Assembly: GCA_016839745.1 (NCBI GenBank)
Contig: JAEOTS010000028.1
Coordinates: forward strand, 1-61,687
Length of the DNA: 61,687 bases
Origin: Promethearchaeota archaeon
Lineage (GTDB): Archaea > Asgardarchaeota > Lokiarchaeia > Sigyniarchaeales > SOKP01
Direction of reading: 5' to 3'
Positions within the stretch are counted from its first letter, which is position 1, and every line of letters begins with the position of its first letter. This document shows positions 21,215 through 30,369 of this stretch, piece by piece. The notes below the pieces were generated by a model. It did not search any database. It saw only the letters and a list, made by a program, of their open reading frames with translations, and was not told where the DNA came from. Position numbers and translations under genes: made by a program.

Positions 21215-22459
21215 TTACATTAACTTTCTACATTCTCTTAGTGATTCACTAATCATGTTTACTGCGTTATCTAAATCTTCTTCCGTGTGTCTATAACAAA
21301 TATAACCGTGATGATACGGTTGAAGGAAAATTCTTCGTCTAATCAATTGTCTGTAAAACTCTTCCCTTAGTTCGCGATAAAAATGGTTTGGGTCAGAGTT
21401 AAAAGTTATATACGGCATCCATGGTCCTCCGGAAAATGTACACGGAACACCGCTATCTTCAATGATCTCAGTGATATTTTTAGCAAACTTATCACCTTTT
21501 TGGAGTATACTGCCTAAAACATCATCCCGTTCCATAATTTCTATGGTTTTAAGTGCAGCTACTTGAGGTAAACTATTTGGAAAGAAGGTCGAACTCAGAA
21601 ATACTTCTTCAATTAAAGTATTCATTATCTCTTTTTTGCCCCCGAGAAAGCTAACGGGATACCCATTTGCCATAGCCTTACCGAAAGCTCCGAGATCGGG
21701 TATTACACCTAACTCTTTCTGAGCACCTCCCAGATTGACTCTAAAACCCGTGCGAATCTCATCAAATATTAAAACAGAGCCATAAGTATCTGCTAATTCA
21801 CGGATTCCTTCTAAAAATCCAGGTTTTGGTATTTCTACTTCGTGGGCTCCTGGATGGTTAATAGGAGTAAGAATTATAGCAGCTACTTCGTTGCCAAATT
21901 CTTGCATCATTTTAGTTACTTTGGTAAGGTCATTATATTCAAATTCATAGACATCTTCGTAGAGTTTTTCGGGAATTCCACCTTTATCTTCGACACACCA
22001 TGAATGCCAACCATGGTAACCACATCGTAAAACTTTTAATCGTTTTGTATAGCCACGAGCAACTCGAACTCCAATAGTAGTAGCATCAGATCCAGTTTTT
22101 ACAAATACCATCTTCTCACAGCAGGGAATCAACTCTCTTAATTTCTTAGCTAGCTTGTTTTGTATCTGTTGGGTTAAGGACATACAGAATCCTTTATTTT
22201 TAATTTGATCGATGACAGCGTTGTCGATTTCTTCTTCCCTATGCCCTATAATAATAGGTCCATAGGCGCAAAGCATATCTAAATATTCGTTTCCATCAAC
22301 ATCGATTACTTTTCCCCCTTTAGCGGTCTCAAAAAATATAGGATACTCACCTTCCACAAAGTTATAAGGGCGTCGAATTCCTAAAATAGCTCCAGGGATT
22401 AAATCTAAAGCTTCTTCATATAACCTATTGGAATTATCTAAATTTAATTTGTTTACCAT
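21215..22459 (-). CDS. kat: 3-aminobutyryl-CoA aminotransferase (class III PLP)
   Basis: GIRRPYNFVEGEYPIFF, KTGSDATT, GYHGWH, FDEIRTGFR, GKAMANG, SSTFFPNS, QPYHHGYICYRHT, recalled as matching Cloacamonas Kat; directly upstream of kce; ATG 22459 follows GGAG. Confidence 0.8.
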   Translation of the reverse strand: MVNKLNLDNSNRLYEEALDLIPGAILGIRRPYNFVEGEYPIFFETAKGGKVIDVDGNEYLDMLCAYGPIIIGHREEEIDNAVIDQIKNKGFCMSLTQQIQNKLAKKLRELIPCCEKMVFVKTGSDATTIGVRVARGYTKRLKVLRCGYHGWHSWCVEDKGGIPEKLYEDVYEFEYNDLTKVTKMMQEFGNEVAAIILTPINHPGAHEVEIPKPGFLEGIRELADTYGSVLIFDEIRTGFRVNLGGAQKELGVIPDLGAFGKAMANGYPVSFLGGKKEIMNTLIEEVFLSSTFFPNSLPQVAALKTIEIMERDDVLGSILQKGDKFAKNITEIIEDSGVPCTFSGGPWMPYITFNSDPNHFYRELREEFYRQLIRRRIFLQPYHHGYICYRHTEEDLDNAVNMISESLRECRKLM

Positions 22460-22676
22460 AATTAATCTCCATTTATTTCTGAAATGCAAATAAGTAAGAT
22501 TCATAATTGTTGAAAATTTTTAAATGAAATTCAATAATTGACATCGTTCTAATAATTCACAAACCTTCAAGAACGGAAACTTTATTTTTAAAAAAAAGAA
22601 TTGGTAGATCTTTATATTAAATAAAGAAAGCTTTTTTCTATTCAAATTCTCATCTTTAAGTAAAGAAATATTTGAA

Positions 22677-22865
22677 TTGGAGTTGATAATAATATCAAAG
22701 CTAAAATGTGAAATATGTGGAAATGAAACAGATGTGCCAGTGTGTTGCGAGCAATCAATGATGGTAAAGGATAACTATATGTTATGTTGCTGTAAGTCAG
22801 AAGAGTGTGGTTATCAACCAATTCCAGAGTGTTGCGGTCAAAAAATGAATTACATGGGATCTTGA
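22677..22865 (+). CDS. Small Cys-rich (zinc-binding?) protein
   Basis: 10 Cys in ~60 aa with duplicated P.CC.Q.M motif; start uncertain. Confidence 0.65.
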   Translation: MELIIISKLKCEICGNETDVPVCCEQSMMVKDNYMLCCCKSEECGYQPIPECCGQKMNYMGS

Positions 22866-22976
22866 ACTATAAAACATAAAAAATAAAGTAAAAAAATTAA
22901 TTTTTATATTATCTTATAAATTTAATATCAATAGAGTTCAAATCTTAAACTAAACCTCAAAAAAAAGAAGATAGTA

Positions 22977-24035
22977 ATGGAAATATCTACTCAAGTCCTA
23001 TTCAAATGTGGTCAGCTGAATTATCATACCTTCCGAATTCCTTCTCTCATTTCACTTCCAAATAATATTTTAATTGCTTTTGTTGAAGGAAGGAAAAACG
23101 ACCAAGAAGATCATGGAGACATCCAGCTAATTATGCGCAAGAGTATTGACGGCGGACTAAATTGGGAGCCTCCGGTTATTTTACTCCATTATGAAGCACA
23201 GCTTTTGTTAAGGAATCCCATTTCAAAGGAATTTGAAGCTATCTCTAAATACGGAGAAATTACATGTGGTAATCCTTGTTCAGTTTATGATAAAACAACT
23301 CAAAGACTGTGGTTATCTTATACATTGGATAATTCATCAATGTGGTTAGTTTACAGTGATAATTTCGGTGTTTCTTGGAGTAAACCTAAAGATGTAACAG
23401 AAGAAGTATTTGGCATAGATTATAAAGTTTGGAGTCATATCGCATCGGGACCAGGACACGGAATTCAATTGAAGAACGGTCGATTAATTATACCATGTGA
23501 CTATCATTTATTTGAGAAAAGTCGTGGTTACTTTTCAATGTTGGTTGTTAGTGATGATCATGGAAAGACTTGGGAAATGGGAACAGTTTCTGATGCTCGT
23601 CTTGATGAATGTGAAGTCTGCGAATTGAAAAATGGAGATATTTATTGGAACATACGTAGTTATCGTAAAAAATACTGTCGAGTTTTTGCGTACTCCAAAA
23701 ATCATGGAGATGATTTTGAAGAATTTAATGATGATCTTGAATTAATTGAACCAGTATGCCAAGCGTCAATCTTAAGATATGATTACAAACAGTATGAAGA
23801 TCAAGACATAGTTTTATTTTCAAATCCAGCGAGTAAAACTCGGGACCATATGACAATCAGAGTAAGCTATAATGGAGCAAGAAAATGGGAAAAGTCAATC
23901 TTATTATATGAAGGCCCCTCTGCGTATTCAGATTTAGCCTATAATCATAAGGGTGAAGTTTGCATATTGTATGAACGAGGAGAGAATAACCCGTATGAGT
24001 CTATCGTTTTTTCTACTTTAAAAATATTTGATTAA
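22977..24035 (+). CDS. Exo-alpha-sialidase (GH33-like)
   Basis: FRIP motif, Asp-boxes SIDGGLNW/SDNFGVSW/SDDHGKTW, SAYSDL, LYE. Confidence 0.88.
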   Translation: MEISTQVLFKCGQLNYHTFRIPSLISLPNNILIAFVEGRKNDQEDHGDIQLIMRKSIDGGLNWEPPVILLHYEAQLLLRNPISKEFEAISKYGEITCGNPCSVYDKTTQRLWLSYTLDNSSMWLVYSDNFGVSWSKPKDVTEEVFGIDYKVWSHIASGPGHGIQLKNGRLIIPCDYHLFEKSRGYFSMLVVSDDHGKTWEMGTVSDARLDECEVCELKNGDIYWNIRSYRKKYCRVFAYSKNHGDDFEEFNDDLELIEPVCQASILRYDYKQYEDQDIVLFSNPASKTRDHMTIRVSYNGARKWEKSILLYEGPSAYSDLAYNHKGEVCILYERGENNPYESIVFSTLKIFD

Positions 24036-24077
24036 TTAAAAAAAAAATTAAAAAACTTAGAAATTTTGTTATTTTTC

Positions 24078-25658
24078 TTACCATACCAAATTGTAGATTA
24101 TCTCTTTATCTCTTTCGGCTTCCTTTTTACCTAGAACTTTTCTAATACGCAAGTCATTGATTGATTCTTCAAGCTTAGTGTCTAAGTTTTTAATTTCCAT
24201 TAAATTACCCGTTTCTCCACCTTTCTCAACCAAGTTTATCATAGCATTGTCTTTATTCATTAAATCCCTTAACTTAGTTCTAAAGGAATCAGTTACTTTT
24301 GTCCTATGAATTCTACCACCCTCAATTAAAATTGGGAAAACGGGAGCTCTTTCAGTTGTTCTGCGAGTGTTTGGGTCTATGAAGTAGAAAATGAACATAG
24401 GTACTCCTACGACAACATCCTTGGTTTTGATTTCAACAGAATAAGTTTTAAAGAAGTCTTGTACGCCAGTCATCTCAACATCTTTAATTCTTTCGATATT
24501 ATCTAAGCAAGATTGTTTTTCCTGTTTGATTCTTGCTACCGTATCTTCAGCTGAGGTAAGATCGCTGCTAAGATCACTATGTTTTGCTTGGATTTTACTC
24601 TCAACTTCAGACTTCTTCCTCTCGAGGTCTCTTATTTTCTGTTGTTTAGTTTTTTCTAAATCGGTCAGTTCCCGTTGCACATTCTTTCTTATTTGAGCTA
24701 ATTCAGTCTGATATCTACTAATAGTATTCCCTAAATCTTTGTATTTAATATTCACATCATTTAATGCTCCTTCCGCTTCAAATAAATCGTTCTTATTAAC
24801 CGCGCTTTTTAATCTGTCAACAGAGTTTTTTGTAGTGCTGAGGTTATTATATAGATCACCTGTCTTATCGCTCATTTTATACTTTCCACTCTTAACTAAT
24901 TCTTCAGGAGACTCTTCTATTGTTCGCGCCTTTTCCGTTTCTAACTCTCTTGTGATCTGACCAAGTTGTTTTTCCTCTTCACTGGTATCGACTTTTCGAT
25001 TTCTCAATTTGTCAGTTTCTTGAGTGCCTTTTTGGATAAATCTATCACACAGTTTTATTATCGTTTGTCCAAAACTATCCAATATCCCGACTTCTCTTTG
25101 AGAGATAAACTCAAACACTTCGGGGACTATTTTCGCTTGGTTAATGCTTTTTGGGATAGGTCCTCCTTCTAAAAGAAAATACGGCTCATTAAATGAACCA
25201 ATATTATATTGATTCAAGAAGAAGTTTTTGAAGTAATCGACCTCACTTGCGCTAAAAAGAGCTTCCTGAATAACTGTGCCTCTTTTATAATTTTTAGATT
25301 TTTTTAGGTAGGTACTATTATAAGACGCTAAAGAATTTAGGAAAGAAACAGGGTCAGCACCTTGAATAACATTATCTGGATTGGGAGGTGGTTGCGAAAA
25401 TTTTCCTACATTTAATTTCTCTTGTTTATTCAGCAAATAACTACAAACACAAGCACGAGTCTCACTTAAAGGAACTAAACGTACGGGCCAAAAACACATA
25501 GAAATTCTATTAACTTTGCCTAGTTTCTTGATAGTCTTTCCATAAATATTTATGCACTCATTTAGTGCCATCGCCATCTCATCTAATAAAGTTGCCTTTG
25601 AGCGTGCTGGAATTACATCCCCTAAATTGATTAGAAAGGGGATAATCTTGTCTACCAT
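24078..25658 (-). CDS. Coiled-coil hypothetical protein
   Basis: Long ORF with central K/E/Q-rich heptad region; ATG 25658 follows AAGTGA. Confidence 0.75.
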   Translation of the reverse strand: MVDKIIPFLINLGDVIPARSKATLLDEMAMALNECINIYGKTIKKLGKVNRISMCFWPVRLVPLSETRACVCSYLLNKQEKLNVGKFSQPPPNPDNVIQGADPVSFLNSLASYNSTYLKKSKNYKRGTVIQEALFSASEVDYFKNFFLNQYNIGSFNEPYFLLEGGPIPKSINQAKIVPEVFEFISQREVGILDSFGQTIIKLCDRFIQKGTQETDKLRNRKVDTSEEEKQLGQITRELETEKARTIEESPEELVKSGKYKMSDKTGDLYNNLSTTKNSVDRLKSAVNKNDLFEAEGALNDVNIKYKDLGNTISRYQTELAQIRKNVQRELTDLEKTKQQKIRDLERKKSEVESKIQAKHSDLSSDLTSAEDTVARIKQEKQSCLDNIERIKDVEMTGVQDFFKTYSVEIKTKDVVVGVPMFIFYFIDPNTRRTTERAPVFPILIEGGRIHRTKVTDSFRTKLRDLMNKDNAMINLVEKGGETGNLMEIKNLDTKLEESINDLRIRKVLGKKEAERDKEIIYNLVW

Positions 25659-25833
25659 TTTATTAATCACTTGAGTTGTCTATATTAAATCTTAAAATGA
25701 GCTATATAAATAAATATTTGCTTCTAGTTTTTTTCTAATTAGTGAGTTTTATAATTCAACATATTTTTGTTAGATTCAAAAGATTCCGTGAAAAATAAAC
25801 TCCTTATGCCTGCAGGGGCGACAGCATGATTTA

Positions 25834-26619
25834 TCATTTTATAGGATTTAACTTCCAAATTTTATATGATTCAATAACGAAAATAATTATACCAGCGATC
25901 AATAATAGTAGTAAAAATAGGTTTAGGGGATTCGTTACAAATTCATACCCGCTAATAATAGCAAGGAACAAAAATACCGTAAATCCTAAAATATAGATAA
26001 TTAGGTATAGAGAAATTCGAGGTACCATTCGATTCCCTATTCGAATAAAAAACCTCAGTACTCCCAATTTAACTTCTTTGTTTATCGAATATTTTCCTTC
26101 TATTTCATCTTTCGTTATTATGCCTACCTTCAATAACTTGGTTACTTGATAAGATACCGTTCCAGAAGAGGTAAAATTCAATGCTTTCTGAATTTCTCTT
26201 ATTCCTGCATGATTGTGTGTAAAGATATACCAATATACTTGGAGGGTTTTTCCTTGTAATAAATCGTTAACTACTTCTGGTTGGATCTTCATTATCTGCT
26301 TTATAGATTCTCTGGATTCTTCAGAAATCGCTTTAATATAAGATTTCTGGAGTAAATGAATTGTATATGTAATCGAACCATAAACAATAAACACAATAAG
26401 AGAGAAATATAGATAAAATTCAGTTATTTCGTACCGATTAGCTACTGGAAAAAAAAGAAGCAAAAATAAGATTGTCATTACCCCATGTAAGATAGTTAGG
26501 TAATAAAAAATCCTCTTAAGAATATAAATTACCAGATGTTTCCTTTCATAACCACTGTGTTCGGATTCCGGAGGACCCTTTAGTTCTTTATCTTGATAAT
26601 TTGATTTTTTGAATATCAT
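25834..26619 (-). CDS. Membrane-anchored winged-helix protein
   Basis: 2 TM + GIREIQKALNFTSSGTVSYQVTKL HTH + 2 TM. Confidence 0.75.
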   Translation of the reverse strand: MIFKKSNYQDKELKGPPESEHSGYERKHLVIYILKRIFYYLTILHGVMTILFLLLFFPVANRYEITEFYLYFSLIVFIVYGSITYTIHLLQKSYIKAISEESRESIKQIMKIQPEVVNDLLQGKTLQVYWYIFTHNHAGIREIQKALNFTSSGTVSYQVTKLLKVGIITKDEIEGKYSINKEVKLGVLRFFIRIGNRMVPRISLYLIIYILGFTVFLFLAIISGYEFVTNPLNLFLLLLLIAGIIIFVIESYKIWKLNPIK

Positions 26620-26819
26620 CGTGAGTTATAATTACCCTAATATTGATGATCCATATTCAATTATTAAATATTTTTAAAAAAAAGGAAAATCGTTGAAATT
26701 TCGAGGTGTTCAGAAGTTTGAACAAAATAATGTTTTTAAGTATCAAATTGATCCTTTCTTATGATGATTTTCCAGTGCAATATTTTTTTAAAAATCTTAA
26801 AAATTAAGTGGTTAACCAA

Positions 26820-27317
26820 ATGAATCAAAAAAATATTATACAAAATGAAGATAGGTATCTTGACAATTATCAAAAGAAAATCAGACGGATTAAAACTGGT
26901 GTTATCATAGTAATTATTATTGTAAGCATAATTATAGCCGCTGAAGCTATAAGCGATATCCATTTTAGCGGGATTGATCTTGTCATTCAAGAATACTACA
27001 AAAGATATCAAGAAGGTGCAATTAATTCTGATACTTATTATTCAATAAAACGAAACTTAGAATTTGAACAAGATTTTTTCCGTTGGATAAATTTAATTGT
27101 GACCAATGCTGCAAAGGTTGCTATGAATATTGGTTTTCTTTTCATAATACTTGGTTTCTTATCTATTACTATAGATAGATCTTTTAATAAGAAAATGCGA
27201 AGGATAAGTCTAATTCTTACAGGTATCATATTTATATTTATGATGTATTTGATATTTGAATTCGTGCTACCTAATGCTGACATTATAATATATTATTATC
27301 CAGGATTCATCTACTAA
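26820..27317 (+). CDS. Hypothetical membrane protein
   Basis: Three hydrophobic segments. Confidence 0.65.
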   Translation: MNQKNIIQNEDRYLDNYQKKIRRIKTGVIIVIIIVSIIIAAEAISDIHFSGIDLVIQEYYKRYQEGAINSDTYYSIKRNLEFEQDFFRWINLIVTNAAKVAMNIGFLFIILGFLSITIDRSFNKKMRRISLILTGIIFIFMMYLIFEFVLPNADIIIYYYPGFIY

Positions 27318-27546
27318 GTAGTATTAGTGTTAAAAAAGAAAGATTTGATAAATGATTCTAGATTAAAAAGGCGTTCTTAATTAGAACTACATTCATGGGT
27401 TATCAAATATCACTATATTATATTAGGAAAACTAATTTTGATTTTTATTTTCCTCTTTTTTTAATATTCACTACTAGAATTAAAGATTTAAATGATTTAT
27501 CAACAAATAAATCATATAAGATAGTTAATATCAAAGATGAAAAGAT

Positions 27547-28359
27547 ATGGAAGGTAAATTTTTAGAAGGAAAAGGAGCTATAATTACAGGCGGTGCTTCT
27601 GGATTTGGAAAGGGTGTAGCACATGCTTTTGCTGAACGAGGAGCAGATTTAGCTTTAGTAGATATAAATAAAGAGCTTCTAGAAGAGACATCTAAAGGTA
27701 TCGAAAAACAAACTAGCAAAAAGGTAATACCAATAATATGTGATGTTTCAAAATCAGATCAAGTAGAAGCGATGGCAAAACAAGCCTTTCAAGAATTAGA
27801 TAATGTTTTTGTATTATTTAATAACGCTGGTGTCGGATATCCGTATGGAGCTGATTTGTTAAGAACAAAAGAAAACGATTGGGATAGAATTTTAAACATA
27901 AATCTTAAGGGGCAATGGCTAGTGTCCAAATCAGCGTCAAAAAAAATGAAAAAACAAACTTTTAAACCTATAGCAGGAAAAATCATTCATACAGCATCAA
28001 TAGCGGGAATGAAAGTTGATAATAAAACTCCAGTTTATACTATTAGTAAGGTTGGAATCATTGCTATGGTTCAGATGTTGGCTCAAAGTCTTGCTCCAAA
28101 AATTACAGTTAATTCGATATCTCCAGGATACCATATAACTGGTATTTATGATAATAGGGAAGATGCTATCAAAATGATAATGGATGATGGACACGTCAAA
28201 ACTCTTTTAAACCGATTAGGAACAGTTGAGGATGTAGTGAATGTTCTCCTATTTCTAGCTTCCAATTTATCGGATTTTATAACAGGACATAATTTCCCTA
28301 TTGATGGAGGAATAGCTGAAGTTGGAGTTCCAGCATATTATTTTAAATCAGATATCTAA
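27547..28359 (+). CDS. SDR-family oxidoreductase
   Basis: TGGASGFG, NNAG, YTISK. Confidence 0.92.
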   Translation: MEGKFLEGKGAIITGGASGFGKGVAHAFAERGADLALVDINKELLEETSKGIEKQTSKKVIPIICDVSKSDQVEAMAKQAFQELDNVFVLFNNAGVGYPYGADLLRTKENDWDRILNINLKGQWLVSKSASKKMKKQTFKPIAGKIIHTASIAGMKVDNKTPVYTISKVGIIAMVQMLAQSLAPKITVNSISPGYHITGIYDNREDAIKMIMDDGHVKTLLNRLGTVEDVVNVLLFLASNLSDFITGHNFPIDGGIAEVGVPAYYFKSDI

Positions 28360-28383
28360 TATAATAATAAGAGGTGAAAAAAA

Positions 28384-28779
28384 ATGATAGAAATTATACT
28401 TGCATTATTTCAAATAATTGGAGCCATCGGTATTGGAGGATTCTGGATATACTTTTTCTTAGTCGAGAATAAAAATCCTGAAAATACTGAAGTTTTTCTT
28501 GCTTTTGAAAGATCCTTTCCAATTCCAGACATACTTTGGGCGACACCTGCTCTATTACTGGCAGCAATCGGCCTATTGACTGGTGAAAGGTATGGCGTCT
28601 TTTTTTCCATAGCTGCAGGAAGTGCTATATTATTTCTAGGGCTATTAGACATATCTTTTAACGTTCAAAATGGTGGATATAAGAAGAGTACGTCTGATAC
28701 AATAATGAACTTAGTGATTAACTTATACTGCGTCATTTTTGGGATAATATATATGGTATACGGTTTTATAAATTTTTAA
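28384..28779 (+). CDS. Hypothetical 4-TM membrane protein
   Basis: GAGGTGA RBS; FERSFPIPD motif. Confidence 0.75.
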   Translation: MIEIILALFQIIGAIGIGGFWIYFFLVENKNPENTEVFLAFERSFPIPDILWATPALLLAAIGLLTGERYGVFFSIAAGSAILFLGLLDISFNVQNGGYKKSTSDTIMNLVINLYCVIFGIIYMVYGFINF

Positions 28780-28817
28780 TAAAACTAAAAATGAATAAGA
28801 TTTAAAAAGTGATTCAA

Positions 28818-29672
28818 ATGGTAAAAAAGAAACTAATATTAAGACAGCCGTTTAAAGGAAAATGGGCAATAATTAGTGGTGGTTCAAAAGGGATTGGGAA
28901 AGCCACAGCAAAAATATTCGTGCAACTAGGCGGGAATGTTTGTATAGTAGCAAGGACTTTAGAAACATTAAACATTGCCGCTGAAGAGATTAAAAGCTTG
29001 AGAGTAGATGAGAATCAATTGGTGGAAGTGATTTCCTGCGATATGTCTAATATGGAACAAGTTGAACGGTTATTTAAAGGGTACATTAAAGAGATTGGCG
29101 TTCCAGATTATTCTTTTAACTTCGTAGGTATCTCTTATCCGAATTATACAGATAGATTGACTATCGAAGATTATAAATTTCATATGGATACAAATTTTTT
29201 TGGTCAATTAAATTCAATTTTAACCATATTACCCTATTATATGGAACGAAAAGAGGGTTATTTTATTAACATGTCTTCTCTTGCAGGATATATTGGTGTA
29301 ATGGGGTACGCCGCGTATACACCTACTAAATTTGCAATCGTAGGTCTAAGTGAGGTCTTGAGAAATGAATATAAGGCATATAACATTAAAGTTTCTATAG
29401 TTTACCCTCCTGACACTGATACTTTCGGACTTCACGAAGAAGCAAAGACAAGACCTGAGGAGTTAAACATCATAGCTGAAAAAGCAGGACTTATGCAACC
29501 CGATGAAGTAGCTGAAATTATAATCAAGGGTGTATTGAAAGAGAAACTTTACATTCATGCAGGATCGTCTAAAGTATACTGGAGAATAATGAGATTATTT
29601 CCTAAGCTCGTACATAAATTCACTGATGGCGATCTTAAAAAAGCTCGAAAGAAATTGGGTAAAATTATTTAA
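28818..29672 (+). CDS. SDR oxidoreductase, 3-ketodihydrosphingosine reductase-like subfamily
   Basis: SGGSKGIG, YAAYTPTKFA, YPPDTDT. Confidence 0.8.
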   Translation: MVKKKLILRQPFKGKWAIISGGSKGIGKATAKIFVQLGGNVCIVARTLETLNIAAEEIKSLRVDENQLVEVISCDMSNMEQVERLFKGYIKEIGVPDYSFNFVGISYPNYTDRLTIEDYKFHMDTNFFGQLNSILTILPYYMERKEGYFINMSSLAGYIGVMGYAAYTPTKFAIVGLSEVLRNEYKAYNIKVSIVYPPDTDTFGLHEEAKTRPEELNIIAEKAGLMQPDEVAEIIIKGVLKEKLYIHAGSSKVYWRIMRLFPKLVHKFTDGDLKKARKKLGKII

Positions 29673-29729
29673 TTTTTTTTTTATTTATTATAGAAGAATA
29701 TCCATTATAATCCATTAGAGGTGAGATGA

Positions 29730-30086
29730 GTCAAAAAACTAAAATTTAAAATATCAATTCCAATAAAAAGTTTGCAAAGCGGAAAGGACTACGAACTTGA
29801 GATTAAGGACGATGCAAATTTTATTGAAGCATTAGCCTTAGTTGATAAAATAGAGAGAGAAAGTTCAGAGAACAAAATTTTTCCTCTCTATGACGGGTAT
29901 ATCCACAATTATTTACAATTATTCGTAAATTTGGAAGACGAGACAATTTATGATGATGTTGGTTTATCCCCTTACGCTCCCGATGAACATGGTCTTTATA
30001 GAAAGTTCAATCCTATAAGAGAGGATATTAAATTCAATTTATTTCCTGACACGATTATTGAATTACAACAAGATGTTGGATGTTGA
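29730..30086 (+). CDS. MoaD/ThiS/ubiquitin-like protein ending Gly-Cys-UGA (possible Sec read-through to 30206)
   Basis: Frame open from 29730; beta-grasp-like pattern (YELEIK..NFIEAL..LQLFVN..TIIELQQDVGC); start codon unresolved. Confidence 0.6.
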   Translation, partial: VKKLKFKISIPIKSLQSGKDYELEIKDDANFIEALALVDKIERESSENKIFPLYDGYIHNYLQLFVNLEDETIYDDVGLSPYAPDEHGLYRKFNPIREDIKFNLFPDTIIELQQDVGC

Positions 30087-30190
30087 TGAGAAAAAGTGAA
30101 AAATAGATTGGATATAGGAACTTTTAAAAGGACGCTTATGGAGAAATACGGAAAAGAGAACGAAATATTTACTCACTATTTTAAATTAAA

Positions 30191-30275
30191 AAGGAATAAA
30201 TCTTAAAAAAGAATGAGATCTTCCAGAAAATGATAGTGGAAGATTAACAATAGGATAGTGTCCTTTATATTCCTT
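30191..30275 (+). promoter_or_regulatory. SECIS-like structured element
   Basis: ATGA-GATCTTCCA-GAAAATGATAG-TGGAAGATT-AACAA, side hairpin AGGAT/GTCCT, outer stem AAGGAATA/TATTCCTT; same layout as the element at 40674-40739. Confidence 0.5.
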
Positions 30276-30369
30276 AATATTTTGAAGATTTTGAAATTAA
30301 TAAATTCTTTTAACTAAATGAAAGAGAGAGAGGAACTTATGGAGAGATATAATACTCTCTAAGACTAAT

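Noticed and set aside
21215-22504. hemL annotation
   Set aside because: Sequence motifs and kce adjacency fit Kat better; no tetrapyrrole context.
25805-25830. Short GC-rich imperfect hairpin
   Set aside because: Too short and imperfect to assign a function.
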